Part shown: positions 17,503 to 26,213 of the stretch, piece by piece | How positions within the stretch are numbered: position 1 is the first letter of the stretch | Layout: each line of letters opens with the position of its first letter | Virus record (IMG/VR): IMGVR_UViG_3300044522_000356 | Location: 1 to 31,234 of that record | DNA from: a virus | Lineage: Duplodnaviria; Caudoviricetes | Reading direction: 5' to 3' (one strand) | Length of the DNA stretch: 31,234 nt | Program-made: the position numbers and the translations under genes | The notes under the pieces: model-generated | The model's input: only the letters and a program-made list of their open reading frames with translations | Told to the model about the DNA's origin: nothing | Databases searched by the model: none

Positions 17503-18023
17503 TAGAACATCCCTGGAAAATATGCTGGAGTAAATGAATGCATTGGGAACGGTTCACGCTCATAATCGATCATTGATAAATCAGCTGTTACTGAGTCAGC
17601 ATTGTAGCTAAAACTACTAATATAAAAACCGTTAAAAGTGGCTTCTACTGTGTCAGGTGTTTTTGATAGTACCAGTTCCATCTTTACTTTAGGTGGACCT
17701 ACAATAGTTCTAACTATAGGTATTACATATTTAGTAACATCTCGCAAAACTATTGAACATCTTGGAGCTTGTGCCTCTTCTTCAGTAGGTAGTGAAATTT
17801 CCATTGGTAGAAACATAAAGTCTTGACTACGGCTTGTTACACCATACATTACTTCATCTGCAGTCTCACTAATGCGCTTTGTAAAGCCGTCGGCAAGTCT
17901 GGTTACAACGGTAGTTCCATCTGCGGGGTCGTACACAGTCAATAAAAATAATAAGTCACTATCAGCTTCAGGCGAAAATATAGCCTTAATAGCTTCCGGT
18001 GACATTGTCGTTAATCTACTCAT
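17502..18023 (-). CDS. Tail tip protein, DUF1833-like (gpL position)
   Basis: FLPMEISLP..APRCSI..VLSKTPDTVE..EPFP..FTPAYFPGMF pattern; lies between Dit and NlpC/P60. Confidence 0.75.
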   Translation of the reverse strand: MSRLTTMSPEAIKAIFSPEADSDLLFLLTVYDPADGTTVVTRLADGFTKRISETADEVMYGVTSRSQDFMFLPMEISLPTEEEAQAPRCSIVLRDVTKYVIPIVRTIVGPPKVKMELVLSKTPDTVEATFNGFYISSFSYNADSVTADLSMIDYEREPFPMHSFTPAYFPGMF

Positions 18024-18385
18024 GGTAATATTTCAAACTGTAAAGACACGTTACAATAACCTGGGGCAAGGTACGCAGCATTAAAAAGCGCACCATCTCC
18101 TTGAGGTACTATACGTGCTTCTACTACAGTACCTTTGCGTGGGTGTGGAAATCCAAATCTAGCTGTACCGCGTAATGTATTTGTAATCCACGTCTCTAAA
18201 GTTCCTACTTGTACATTTGTCATAATAAAGGTTAGTTGCATAGTATCAGATCTGCGACCACGATATCTTTGTTTTGCAGGGCCAGCATCCATAGGAGTCC
18301 TTAATATAAGTGCTCCTATAGATTCTGAAAAACCTTTTTGAGGTACTTGTGGAAGTGTTGGCTCCCAAATATAGCTATATGCCAT
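18020..18385 (-). CDS. Distal tail protein (gpM-like)
   Basis: W.PTLPQ..RTPMDAGPAKQRYR..LRGTARFGFPHP; first gene after the tape measure gene. Confidence 0.8.
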   Translation of the reverse strand: MAYSYIWEPTLPQVPQKGFSESIGALILRTPMDAGPAKQRYRGRRSDTMQLTFIMTNVQVGTLETWITNTLRGTARFGFPHPRKGTVVEARIVPQGDGALFNAAYLAPGYCNVSLQFEILP

Positions 18386-18387
18386 AA

Positions 18388-21300
18388 TTATCTCCTAATT
18401 AACTGAGGCTGAAGTCCGAAAGTTCCGCGTATTGCTTTTTGTGAAGCACTACCATTTCTAGAAATTTCACCTGCAGTCATATCCCCTATAACAACTTCGA
18501 TTTTACGGTTGCCTCGGCTGTCAACAGTTTCTTTAGTTTCTGCTTGTGCCGTAGAATAGTTGTTAACAACTACATCAACATTTCCACCACCACCTGCGCG
18601 AACTCCAAGGTTACCGTTACTATCACGCTTTAGGGGCATGATGGCTTCTGGTCCTGCTTCACCCATTAAACCTGTACCTTGTGCAAACTTAAATAATGTT
18701 GGAGAAGCTACTACAGAGTTAGTAAACATTCCGCCTTTAGCAAAAGTTTGAAGCCCTGTGTCAAATACGTTACCCTTTGCAGAAGGTACATATCCTGCCT
18801 GAGTGCCTGTCATAGAACCTGTATTACCCATGTTTCCAAAAATACTACCAATGAAATTCATAAATCCTGGTTTAAATGCGGCTGACATCATTATAGCTTG
18901 TTGCTGCATTTCGTAACGAATTAAACCTTCAATAAAACTGTCTATCATACCTTTAAAGTTAAGCTTACCAGTTTTAGTAAATTCGATAACAGCATCTGCC
19001 ATACCCTCAAAACTGTTTTTAAGTATGTCTCCGTATTTAAGTTGTCTGTCAGTTAAATAGTCATCTAAACTTTTGGTTTTTTGTTTTGCTTCGTATACTT
19101 TATTTATTCCTTCAACTTCTGCTAAATAAGCATAAGTAGCTGCCTCTCTTTTAGCATTAATAGAGTCAATATTACCAGAATTTTTAGGATCAAGTGCTTG
19201 TTTTGCTAAGTCTAATTGCGTTGCAAGTAAGCTATTTTGTAACTGCTGTAACTTAATGTCACGCTCTTTCATTGTTTGCATTCTATTAATTGTTAAAAGC
19301 TGTTCGCGATAGTTATCTGTAGTAATTACCCCTAAGTCAAGTTGATTTTGCAGAACTTCTTTTTGTATATCAACTAAAGTATTTTCGGTTTCATTTCGTA
19401 TGCGTGTTAAGTTTACTTGGCTCTCTAAACTTTGAATAATTTGATCCATTGTTTGTAAACTGACGGCTAATGTATTTTCACGAGTACGTTCTGCAGTTGC
19501 CGTTTTAGTAGTAGTTACAAATAGATTGTCTGCAGTTTGCAGCTGTCTTCTAGTATTCTCCTCAGTTCTTAGAGCTATATCGTAAATTTCCCACCATTTT
19601 TCTTGTTCTGCTTTTTTCTCAACAACAAGTGTAACAGCTAATTCTTTATAACTGTCTAAAGTATTGAGGCCGCGCTTAAGAGAATCTTCTTGTTGAATAT
19701 ATGCCTCTATTATAGCCTGTTGATCTGCTAAACTACTGTTTCTAAAAACCTGGCTTTTCATTTCTTCTTCTTTAGTAGCAGTTACGTTCTTTAGTATATC
19801 TTCAACAGTTTTCCTAGTCTTATCATAAGTAAGTTGAACACCAGTTACTTCAGCAGCAAGAATATTTGATTTTTTCTGATCTTGTAATTGAGCAACTTGT
19901 GCCATAGTACCTTGTTGTTCTTGCATAGCTTTTAAAGATTCAGGTGATTTTTGTATATCTCCTGCTTTAATACTTTTGCTAATATTAGTACTGCTAAGTA
20001 GTTTCATTCTAGAATCTATTTCAGATATTCTTGTATCTGATTTTACTGATTCAGCTGCTCGAGCACTTTTATCGTCTTTTAAAAGAGCTAAAGCTGCATC
20101 TCTTCTAGTTTCTATAAATTGCTTTTCACTTTGTAAACGGCTTAATTCCATTTCCTTAATTAAACGTTGAGTTTCAGTTATTTGACTAATCTGTAAGTCA
20201 ATTTTTTGATTTTCAAGTCGAGCCCCAAGCTTTGCTGTTTCTGCTGTTTGAGGCAATTTATCTAGCAAGTTCTTTTGTGAACTCAGAACTGTTTCCGCCA
20301 TTTTACGAGTAAAACTGCCTTCAATAAGCTCAAAGCCTTTTTCAATTGAAGCTTTTGCTGCCGCTTCAAAATTCTTGCTTAAAGCTAGCATTTCTTGTCT
20401 GGTTGCGTCTAATTTGCTTTTTGCTTCTGCTGAAGCTCCTTTTGCTTTACTAAGTGCTGGGCTATCGACATTAGAGGGAGCTTCTAATCTTCTAGAATTA
20501 GGATTAAACTCTAGTCCGTAGCCGGCAAGATTACGTTGCCCAGCTCTTAGTTTTTCAATTTTAGCTTCTGATTCCGTAAGTTGTGATTCATAACTTTTTG
20601 CAGTATTTATTAAAGCAATATATGCATCACGATTTTGCATAATAATTGCTTGTGATTCTGGGGCAAGCAATTTAATTTTACTAATATCAGTTAGTAAATC
20701 TCTTAATGTAGCTAAATTTGCTATAGGGTCTTTTAATGCTTCTGCAAAATTAAATCCTTGTGTGGCTAAATCTTTTCCAAAAACTGAGAGTGCGTCTTTT
20801 TGTATTAAAGTATTAGACAAGTCTGTGTAGCTTTTTTGTAACCCTACAAAACCATCCTTAACTCCTGATAATACTGCACTAGTTTTTTGCCCTGCTTTAG
20901 AAGCATATTCAAATACATCTGCTATTTCTGCACCAACTGCAGTCAATCTACTAGTACTCATGCTACTTAAAGACTGTTTAATAGTATCTTCAGTAAGCTC
21001 ACTAACATTTAATATATCTTTTAATCTTTCTCTTGTGTCTTCTTGCATAGAAGGATCTAAAATACCTTTTAATCCTTTTGATAGTTGCTTACCTAGACTT
21101 TTTGCAAAATCATCTTGCATACTTTGTCCAAAAAAGCCTTTAATGCTATCTACAGTATTGTCCCAACGATTAGCTTCTTTATTGGCTTGTTTAAAACTTT
21201 CAGCGGTTTCTTTAAGGTTTTCAGATAAGTTCTGAAAAGAAGTAGCCATAGCTATAACCGAAGCTGTAGACAGTGAGTTTTTATATTTATCATGACTAGC

Positions 21301-23058
21301 AGTTAAAGCCCTAGTATTGTCATCACCTAGTTCTAAATTTTTATTAAATTTTTGTACTTCTTTGTCGTTATTGCCAAAAACATAGTTTAATGCTTGAAAC
21401 GCTCCTACTAATACGCCTATTGCCATACCAATATTGCCCATTGTACCTATAAAACCCATAAGTCTTGTAGTTGCAGCAGTTACAGTTGCAGTTACTCCTG
21501 TAAATAAAGTTCTAACTGTACCTAATCTTTCAGTTTTAAGACTATCTACCATTTCACCAAAGGCAGCTCTAAACCCTACCAAGCTAGCAGTGTCTGCGGC
21601 GTTACTAATAATTGAGCTTGAGGCTGAACGTTTGCGTTGCTCTTCTGCACCTATTTGTAATCTTCCTAGTGCTGATGTTCTTCCTACTGGTTCATTTTCT
21701 TCTTTTCTTAATTTTGCTGCTGTAACAATATAATCATCTTCTGCTTTTTTAGCTTTACGTATAGCGTCAGCTAACTGATCGTAAATGTACTTATTTTTTG
21801 TTAAGCCTTTACCAGCAGCTTCTATTTGCTGAATTTGTTTTTCTGTGATGGACTGAATACCGCCTGTAGGCGTAAGAATACTAGCAATATCTTTGCGAAT
21901 ACGTCCACCACTAAGTGTTTTTAATTTTGCTTCTAATTTGTCAATAACTTCTGCTTTAGCATTAGCGGCAGCATCTTGCTTTGCAAGTATATCAGCTCTA
22001 CGCTTTGATAACATACTTTCTGCAGTACTAATTTTGTCATCACTTACTTGTTTGCTGAACTCTGCAGTTTTTCTTAGTTCAGTTCTATAATTAACAATAC
22101 TAGGGATTGCTTGCTTGATAATCATTGAGCCAAGCGCAGCTATACCCGCAGTTAAAGCTACTGGGCTAGCACTTAATAAGTCTACTAAAGGTACGAAAGC
22201 TTTATTTAAAACTTCTAAGATAGTTTGTGCAATGTTTTTAAGCGAAGCTAAAAGTTTGTCATAAGGGTTGGTAGGGATATCAATTTCGTTAAATTTATCA
22301 ATACCTTCTTTTAAAACCGCGTTAGCAAAAGCTTGGCGCTTTTCAAAATCTGTTAAGCTATCTACACTTTTACCTATGCTACGTGCGTAATCTTCAGACG
22401 ATTTACCTACTTTTGTAAATAAGCCTAATTCGTCTAATAGTTCTGGTTCTAGTTTAGTAATACCACGAGTTAAACGACTAACAGCGTCGCTCATATTAAC
22501 ACCCAGTGCTTGCGAGGCCTTTTTAGCTACATCACCAAGTTGTAAAAATTGTTTCTGAGTCATACCGCTACTAATAGCTTTAGCAGTAGCTTCCATTGAC
22601 TCACGTAAGCTGATAGCCCCTCCACTAGCTTCTGTAAACTGTTTAGCTAACGCTCCCATTGCAACACCACTAGCGGCACCTAACTGATCTAAACCTTTAA
22701 CCATGTTAGTGGTATCCATAGCATTGCTTAAGGCACTAAATGCTGCACTTACTGCGAATACGTTAGCAGCATAGGTAGCATATAAGCGCACTAATCCACC
22801 AAGACCTTGTGCTTGGTTTGCAAAATCTCGGCCGCTTGCTCCAGTAGATCCCATAGATCCACGAGCACGTCCGTATTCTATATTTTCACCTGCGCCAAGG
22901 CTGGCTGCAGCTGCTTTACTGCCGGATTTAGTACCGGTGGCTAAGTTCTGCGATTTTTGTAATTCTTTATTTAAATTTTTAACTTCATCAGTACGATTCT
23001 TTATACTATTCGACTGATCCTGTAAACTTAAATTAATATTAACTTGATTTGATGCCAT
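18388..23058 (-). CDS. Tape measure protein (1556 aa)
   Basis: Long helical protein. N-part resembles T5 pb2 (RDFA..YA..AANVF; LGVNMSDAVSRL..ELLDELG). C-part has the lambdoid motif FAKGG..PTLF..GLMGEAGPEAIMPL. GAGGA RBS. Confidence 0.95.
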   Translation of the reverse strand: MASNQVNINLSLQDQSNSIKNRTDEVKNLNKELQKSQNLATGTKSGSKAAAASLGAGENIEYGRARGSMGSTGASGRDFANQAQGLGGLVRLYATYAANVFAVSAAFSALSNAMDTTNMVKGLDQLGAASGVAMGALAKQFTEASGGAISLRESMEATAKAISSGMTQKQFLQLGDVAKKASQALGVNMSDAVSRLTRGITKLEPELLDELGLFTKVGKSSEDYARSIGKSVDSLTDFEKRQAFANAVLKEGIDKFNEIDIPTNPYDKLLASLKNIAQTILEVLNKAFVPLVDLLSASPVALTAGIAALGSMIIKQAIPSIVNYRTELRKTAEFSKQVSDDKISTAESMLSKRRADILAKQDAAANAKAEVIDKLEAKLKTLSGGRIRKDIASILTPTGGIQSITEKQIQQIEAAGKGLTKNKYIYDQLADAIRKAKKAEDDYIVTAAKLRKEENEPVGRTSALGRLQIGAEEQRKRSASSSIISNAADTASLVGFRAAFGEMVDSLKTERLGTVRTLFTGVTATVTAATTRLMGFIGTMGNIGMAIGVLVGAFQALNYVFGNNDKEVQKFNKNLELGDDNTRALTASHDKYKNSLSTASVIAMATSFQNLSENLKETAESFKQANKEANRWDNTVDSIKGFFGQSMQDDFAKSLGKQLSKGLKGILDPSMQEDTRERLKDILNVSELTEDTIKQSLSSMSTSRLTAVGAEIADVFEYASKAGQKTSAVLSGVKDGFVGLQKSYTDLSNTLIQKDALSVFGKDLATQGFNFAEALKDPIANLATLRDLLTDISKIKLLAPESQAIIMQNRDAYIALINTAKSYESQLTESEAKIEKLRAGQRNLAGYGLEFNPNSRRLEAPSNVDSPALSKAKGASAEAKSKLDATRQEMLALSKNFEAAAKASIEKGFELIEGSFTRKMAETVLSSQKNLLDKLPQTAETAKLGARLENQKIDLQISQITETQRLIKEMELSRLQSEKQFIETRRDAALALLKDDKSARAAESVKSDTRISEIDSRMKLLSSTNISKSIKAGDIQKSPESLKAMQEQQGTMAQVAQLQDQKKSNILAAEVTGVQLTYDKTRKTVEDILKNVTATKEEEMKSQVFRNSSLADQQAIIEAYIQQEDSLKRGLNTLDSYKELAVTLVVEKKAEQEKWWEIYDIALRTEENTRRQLQTADNLFVTTTKTATAERTRENTLAVSLQTMDQIIQSLESQVNLTRIRNETENTLVDIQKEVLQNQLDLGVITTDNYREQLLTINRMQTMKERDIKLQQLQNSLLATQLDLAKQALDPKNSGNIDSINAKREAATYAYLAEVEGINKVYEAKQKTKSLDDYLTDRQLKYGDILKNSFEGMADAVIEFTKTGKLNFKGMIDSFIEGLIRYEMQQQAIMMSAAFKPGFMNFIGSIFGNMGNTGSMTGTQAGYVPSAKGNVFDTGLQTFAKGGMFTNSVVASPTLFKFAQGTGLMGEAGPEAIMPLKRDSNGNLGVRAGGGGNVDVVVNNYSTAQAETKETVDSRGNRKIEVVIGDMTAGEISRNGSASQKAIRGTFGLQPQLIRR

Positions 23059-23113
23059 CGTTGTTCCTCTTTAAGGTTGGTGGCTAAAACTTTTAATAGC
23101 TTGACTAGTGTAC

Positions 23114-23142
23114 ATTATAACATGCAACCACACTTTTGTCAA
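23114..23142 (-). promoter_or_regulatory. Consensus sigma70 promoter with extended -10 upstream of the tape measure gene
   Basis: TTGACA-aaagtgtggttgcatgt (17 nt)-TATAAT, with an upstream AAAAATTTTTT UP-like tract. Confidence 0.88.
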
Positions 23143-23161
23143 ACCAAAAAATTTTTAACGT

Positions 23162-23196
23162 AAAAAAGCCTGCCAACTTTTAGCTGGCAGGCTTTT
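23162..23196 (-). terminator. Intrinsic terminator overlapping the chaperone stop codon
   Basis: AAAAGCCTGCCAGC-TAAAA-GTTGGCAGGCTTTTTT on the minus strand. Confidence 0.85.
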
Positions 23197-23572
23197 CCAT
23201 CTTTTTCTTATTATTGATTTCGTCTGAACGTACAGCATCAATCATACGTACTAGCATGATTATAAACTTTTGCTCAGAAGGCTCAATCTCTGTTGCTTCT
23301 AAAACATCTTTTATTCCTATCAAAGACTTGCCTAAGTAGTTACCATTCATAGTGTCCCACTCATCTCGTAGCATTCGATAAGCATTAAATGCTTGTTGTA
23401 CTTCTATTGGAAAATCTTCAAATTCCACAGGAATCTCAGAATCTAAAGGTTCTGAGCCTAGCATTTCGCACATTTCAAAATACGACTCTTTGGACATACC
23501 AAGGCCCATATTTTGAATGTAGCTGACCAACTGCGCGTTTACTTGCTGGAGTTGGTCGTCGAAAAGTTTCCC
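23180..23572 (-). CDS. Tail assembly chaperone, frameshift (gpT-like) moiety
   Basis: The -1 frame is open from GGGAAAC: (K)LFDDQLQQVNAQLVSYIQNM... The track's TTG start at 23530 has no RBS. Lies directly before the tape measure gene. Confidence 0.8.
   Translation of the reverse strand, partial: GKLFDDQLQQVNAQLVSYIQNMGLGMSKESYFEMCEMLGSEPLDSEIPVEFEDFPIEVQQAFNAYRMLRDEWDTMNGNYLGKSLIGIKDVLEATEIEPSEQKFIIMLVRMIDAVRSDEINNKKKMEKPAS
23525..23572 (-). promoter_or_regulatory. Programmed -1 frameshift signal: G GGA AAC plus 3' stem-loop
   Basis: Heptamer at 23566-23572 in X XXY YYZ phase, 8-nt spacer, perfect 8-bp stem GACCAACT/AGTTGGTC. Confidence 0.85.
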
Positions 23573-23958
23573 AAGTCTGAAACTTGTTCACTAATAAAAC
23601 CGTCAAAATTACTAGAGTTCTTCATTAAGTACAAGGCATTTTCAGCAGTATATTCTAATTCGTCGTCTAGGTTTTGGCCTTTTAAATCAACAGGAGCTAA
23701 TTGCTCAAGATAACTTAATTTAAAGCCTTTCCACCCTTTGACAGCATTTTCAACATATAATTGCAAGAACAAGTCTTCATTAAATTCTTCTGCTGCTTGG
23801 CGGTTCTTAAAGCTAGTTTTAGTAGACTTCTTACGAATACTTAAAAGTGTTTCGCGAGATAAAAATGCTAAGTCAACAACAAAACCAGGCATACCAGGGT
23901 ATTCTACCTGTACTGATTTGGAGGGAACTAGCAGTGTTTTTAAAGAGAGAGTAGTCAT
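23539..23958 (-). CDS. Tail assembly chaperone (gpG-like)
   Basis: 139-aa ORF between the tail tube and tape measure genes; VKGWKG motif; slippery site near its 3' end. Confidence 0.85.
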   Translation of the reverse strand: MTTLSLKTLLVPSKSVQVEYPGMPGFVVDLAFLSRETLLSIRKKSTKTSFKNRQAAEEFNEDLFLQLYVENAVKGWKGFKLSYLEQLAPVDLKGQNLDDELEYTAENALYLMKNSSNFDGFISEQVSDLGNFSTTNSSK

Positions 23959-23975
23959 TTTATAATAATAAGTTT

Positions 23976-24007
23976 AAAAAGAGAGACTGGAGATCAGCCC
24001 AGTCTCT
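23976..24007 (-). terminator. Intrinsic terminator after the major tail gene
   Basis: AGAGACTGG-GCTGATCT-CCAGTCTCT-CTTTTT on the minus strand. Confidence 0.8.
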
Positions 24008-24026
24008 ATAAAAGTGCAACTGTTAA

Positions 24027-25703
24027 TTAAACTGCTGCGCGGTAAACGATACTTGCTTCGTTAGACTGTGTAATGTCGTAACCAGTACCTGTAAAGCCTT
24101 GAGCTGTAAAGTTAATTGTTGTAGAAATAACTTGCTCTGTGTTAATTGTAGGAATCTGCAACATAGCCGCAGGTAACTTGATTTCAACACCAGTAGGATT
24201 TGTACTAGGTCCGCCCATTTGTACATTAATTGTAAACTTAGGGTCTACTGTAGTTGCTGAATTAGCTATCAAGTCAGATAACAGTCCGCCACTTTCAAGA
24301 CTACCTGTTTTTAAGTATGCATTAATAGTACCAGTAATAGCGCGTGTACCAGTAAAGTACGTGATTGGTAAATTAACTGTACCTAAGTTAGCAGGTGTCA
24401 GATATGTTAAGTTATTAGCAAAAGTTATATTTCCGCCAGTTAAAGCAATTGTATAAACATTACCAACATTAGCTGCAATTACAGCAGTAGCTGCAGCTCC
24501 TGAACCACCGCCACCAGAAATAGTAATTGTGGGAGCTGTTGTATAACCATATCCTGCGTTAGTAATAGTGATACCAGTAATAGTAGAGCCAGTAATAGTT
24601 ACGGCACCAAGAACAGCTCCAGTACCTGCACCTAAAGAGCCAAGAGTAGCTGTAGGAGCTGTAGTATATCCAGTACCAGCTGTTGTAATAGCAATACCAG
24701 TTATTGCACCGCCGCTAACTGTTACAGTACCTACTGCAGTTACACCGCCGGCAACTGTAGGAGGAGAGAATGTTACGGTTGGAGTTGTGTATCCAGTTCC
24801 ACCAGTAGTAACTGCTACAGCACTAACACCTCCACCAGATAATACGGCCGTACCAGTGGTTGTTACACCGCTAGCAGGTGCAGCACTAAAAGTTACGGTA
24901 GGAACAGACGTATATCCAGAACCAGCAGTACCAACTGTAACGCTAGTCACAGCACCACCAGCAGCAGCAACAAAGTCATTGATACCATCATTAACAACTA
25001 AAGTACTTAACTTGTTAGTAATATAACGAGCCGTAGTATTTTTAGCTAATGCTTGGTCAGGGGCCGTGTTATCAAAATCTGTTCCTGAGAAAACAACTGG
25101 ACTAGCAGTATTAGCTTGTGCATCTGATAACACACGAATTGCGGAACCTTTACCAGCCCAGGCCACTGCCGCAATAGCGTCAATACCAAAGTCAATAGTT
25201 GCAGAATCTAGTGCGCAGTTATCGATAACGTAGCCGGCATTGTCAAACAATATAATTAAGCCAAAAGGCAGTAATTGGTGCTTGTTAGAATTAGTAAAAT
25301 CAACAGTAGAAGAACTTGCTCCTGCTGTCCAAGCAGCACCTGCGGCGCCAATGTTAGCTGCACCACCGAAAGCATTCCATAAATAGGCTTCTTCAGCAGT
25401 AATCAAACTACCATTATTATGTGGTCGAATATAGGTAGAGAAAGTAAAATCTACTGGCTCTAGTGCAGTGTTAAAACTGCGTTGACCACGTACAGGAGCT
25501 GCCCCTGCTTCATTTAGTGTAACTGTATCTACAGTAGTATTTTGTGAAAAGCTCATGCCTTCCAATACTTGAAGTTCAAAACAGTTTGTTGTAGACATGC
25601 CGCTTGCTGCATCTTTTAATGCACCAATTTTTACACGGCCAAAACTGTCAATGTTAGTAGTAAAGAAGACTCTACTATTACGAATTAAATTAACTGCTGC
25701 CAT
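24027..25703 (-). CDS. Major tail tube protein (T5 pb6-like) with an internal repeat insertion
   Basis: NLIRNSRVFF..TLNEAG..PVRGQRSFNTAL..FSTYIRP resembles the T5 pb6 N-terminus; GTRAITGTINAYL. AAGGA RBS and a downstream terminator. Confidence 0.92.
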   Translation of the reverse strand: MAAVNLIRNSRVFFTTNIDSFGRVKIGALKDAASGMSTTNCFELQVLEGMSFSQNTTVDTVTLNEAGAAPVRGQRSFNTALEPVDFTFSTYIRPHNNGSLITAEEAYLWNAFGGAANIGAAGAAWTAGASSSTVDFTNSNKHQLLPFGLIILFDNAGYVIDNCALDSATIDFGIDAIAAVAWAGKGSAIRVLSDAQANTASPVVFSGTDFDNTAPDQALAKNTTARYITNKLSTLVVNDGINDFVAAAGGAVTSVTVGTAGSGYTSVPTVTFSAAPASGVTTTGTAVLSGGGVSAVAVTTGGTGYTTPTVTFSPPTVAGGVTAVGTVTVSGGAITGIAITTAGTGYTTAPTATLGSLGAGTGAVLGAVTITGSTITGITITNAGYGYTTAPTITISGGGGSGAAATAVIAANVGNVYTIALTGGNITFANNLTYLTPANLGTVNLPITYFTGTRAITGTINAYLKTGSLESGGLLSDLIANSATTVDPKFTINVQMGGPSTNPTGVEIKLPAAMLQIPTINTEQVISTTINFTAQGFTGTGYDITQSNEASIVYRAAV

Positions 25704-25775
25704 AGTTATTCCTTTTAGTTGGTAACCTAGCAGTACGCTTACTAGACATTTATCTGTATTGGTACTATTTGGTAA

Positions 25776-26213
25776 TTAGAGTGCATAACGCACCTGTAAA
25801 TTTATTTCACCGACGCCATAAGGACTTAGCAGACCTTCATCGGTTGTTATTGACTGAATTAATATTTCAGTAGTTGACAGATTATTAGTAGTATCATATA
25901 CTAATACTCGGTTAGCGTCTATTACGTTTTCTAAATCGTCTAGTAAGTCTTCAAGTAATTGTTGCGCTTCGCTTTCGCTACGAACATAAACTTTGACACT
26001 GACGTTTAGATGCCCCCAGGTAAAATCTCCTGGTAGATATTCTCTTAGTTCTGACCCTGGAGTAAGGTATACTGCAGGAAAATCCTGAATCTCATCCCAG
26101 AATTTTAATTTAGGGTAGCTATTATCAGACAAGTCACTTTTAAACCTACCAGTTCCGTCGATTACTTTAAATTTTTCAGCTAACGCTGTTACAATACTTG
26201 TTCTTTTTGTCAT
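25776..26213 (-). CDS. Tail tube terminator protein (T5 p142-like)
   Basis: RTSI..EI.DFP..YLPG..TDEGLLSPYGVGEINLQVRY closely resembles T5 p142; same gene position. Confidence 0.88.
   Translation of the reverse strand: MTKRTSIVTALAEKFKVIDGTGRFKSDLSDNSYPKLKFWDEIQDFPAVYLTPGSELREYLPGDFTWGHLNVSVKVYVRSESEAQQLLEDLLDDLENVIDANRVLVYDTTNNLSTTEILIQSITTDEGLLSPYGVGEINLQVRYAL

Noticed and set aside
24036-24043. GCGCGGT resembling T5 nick sites
   Set aside because: Single short match with no pattern.
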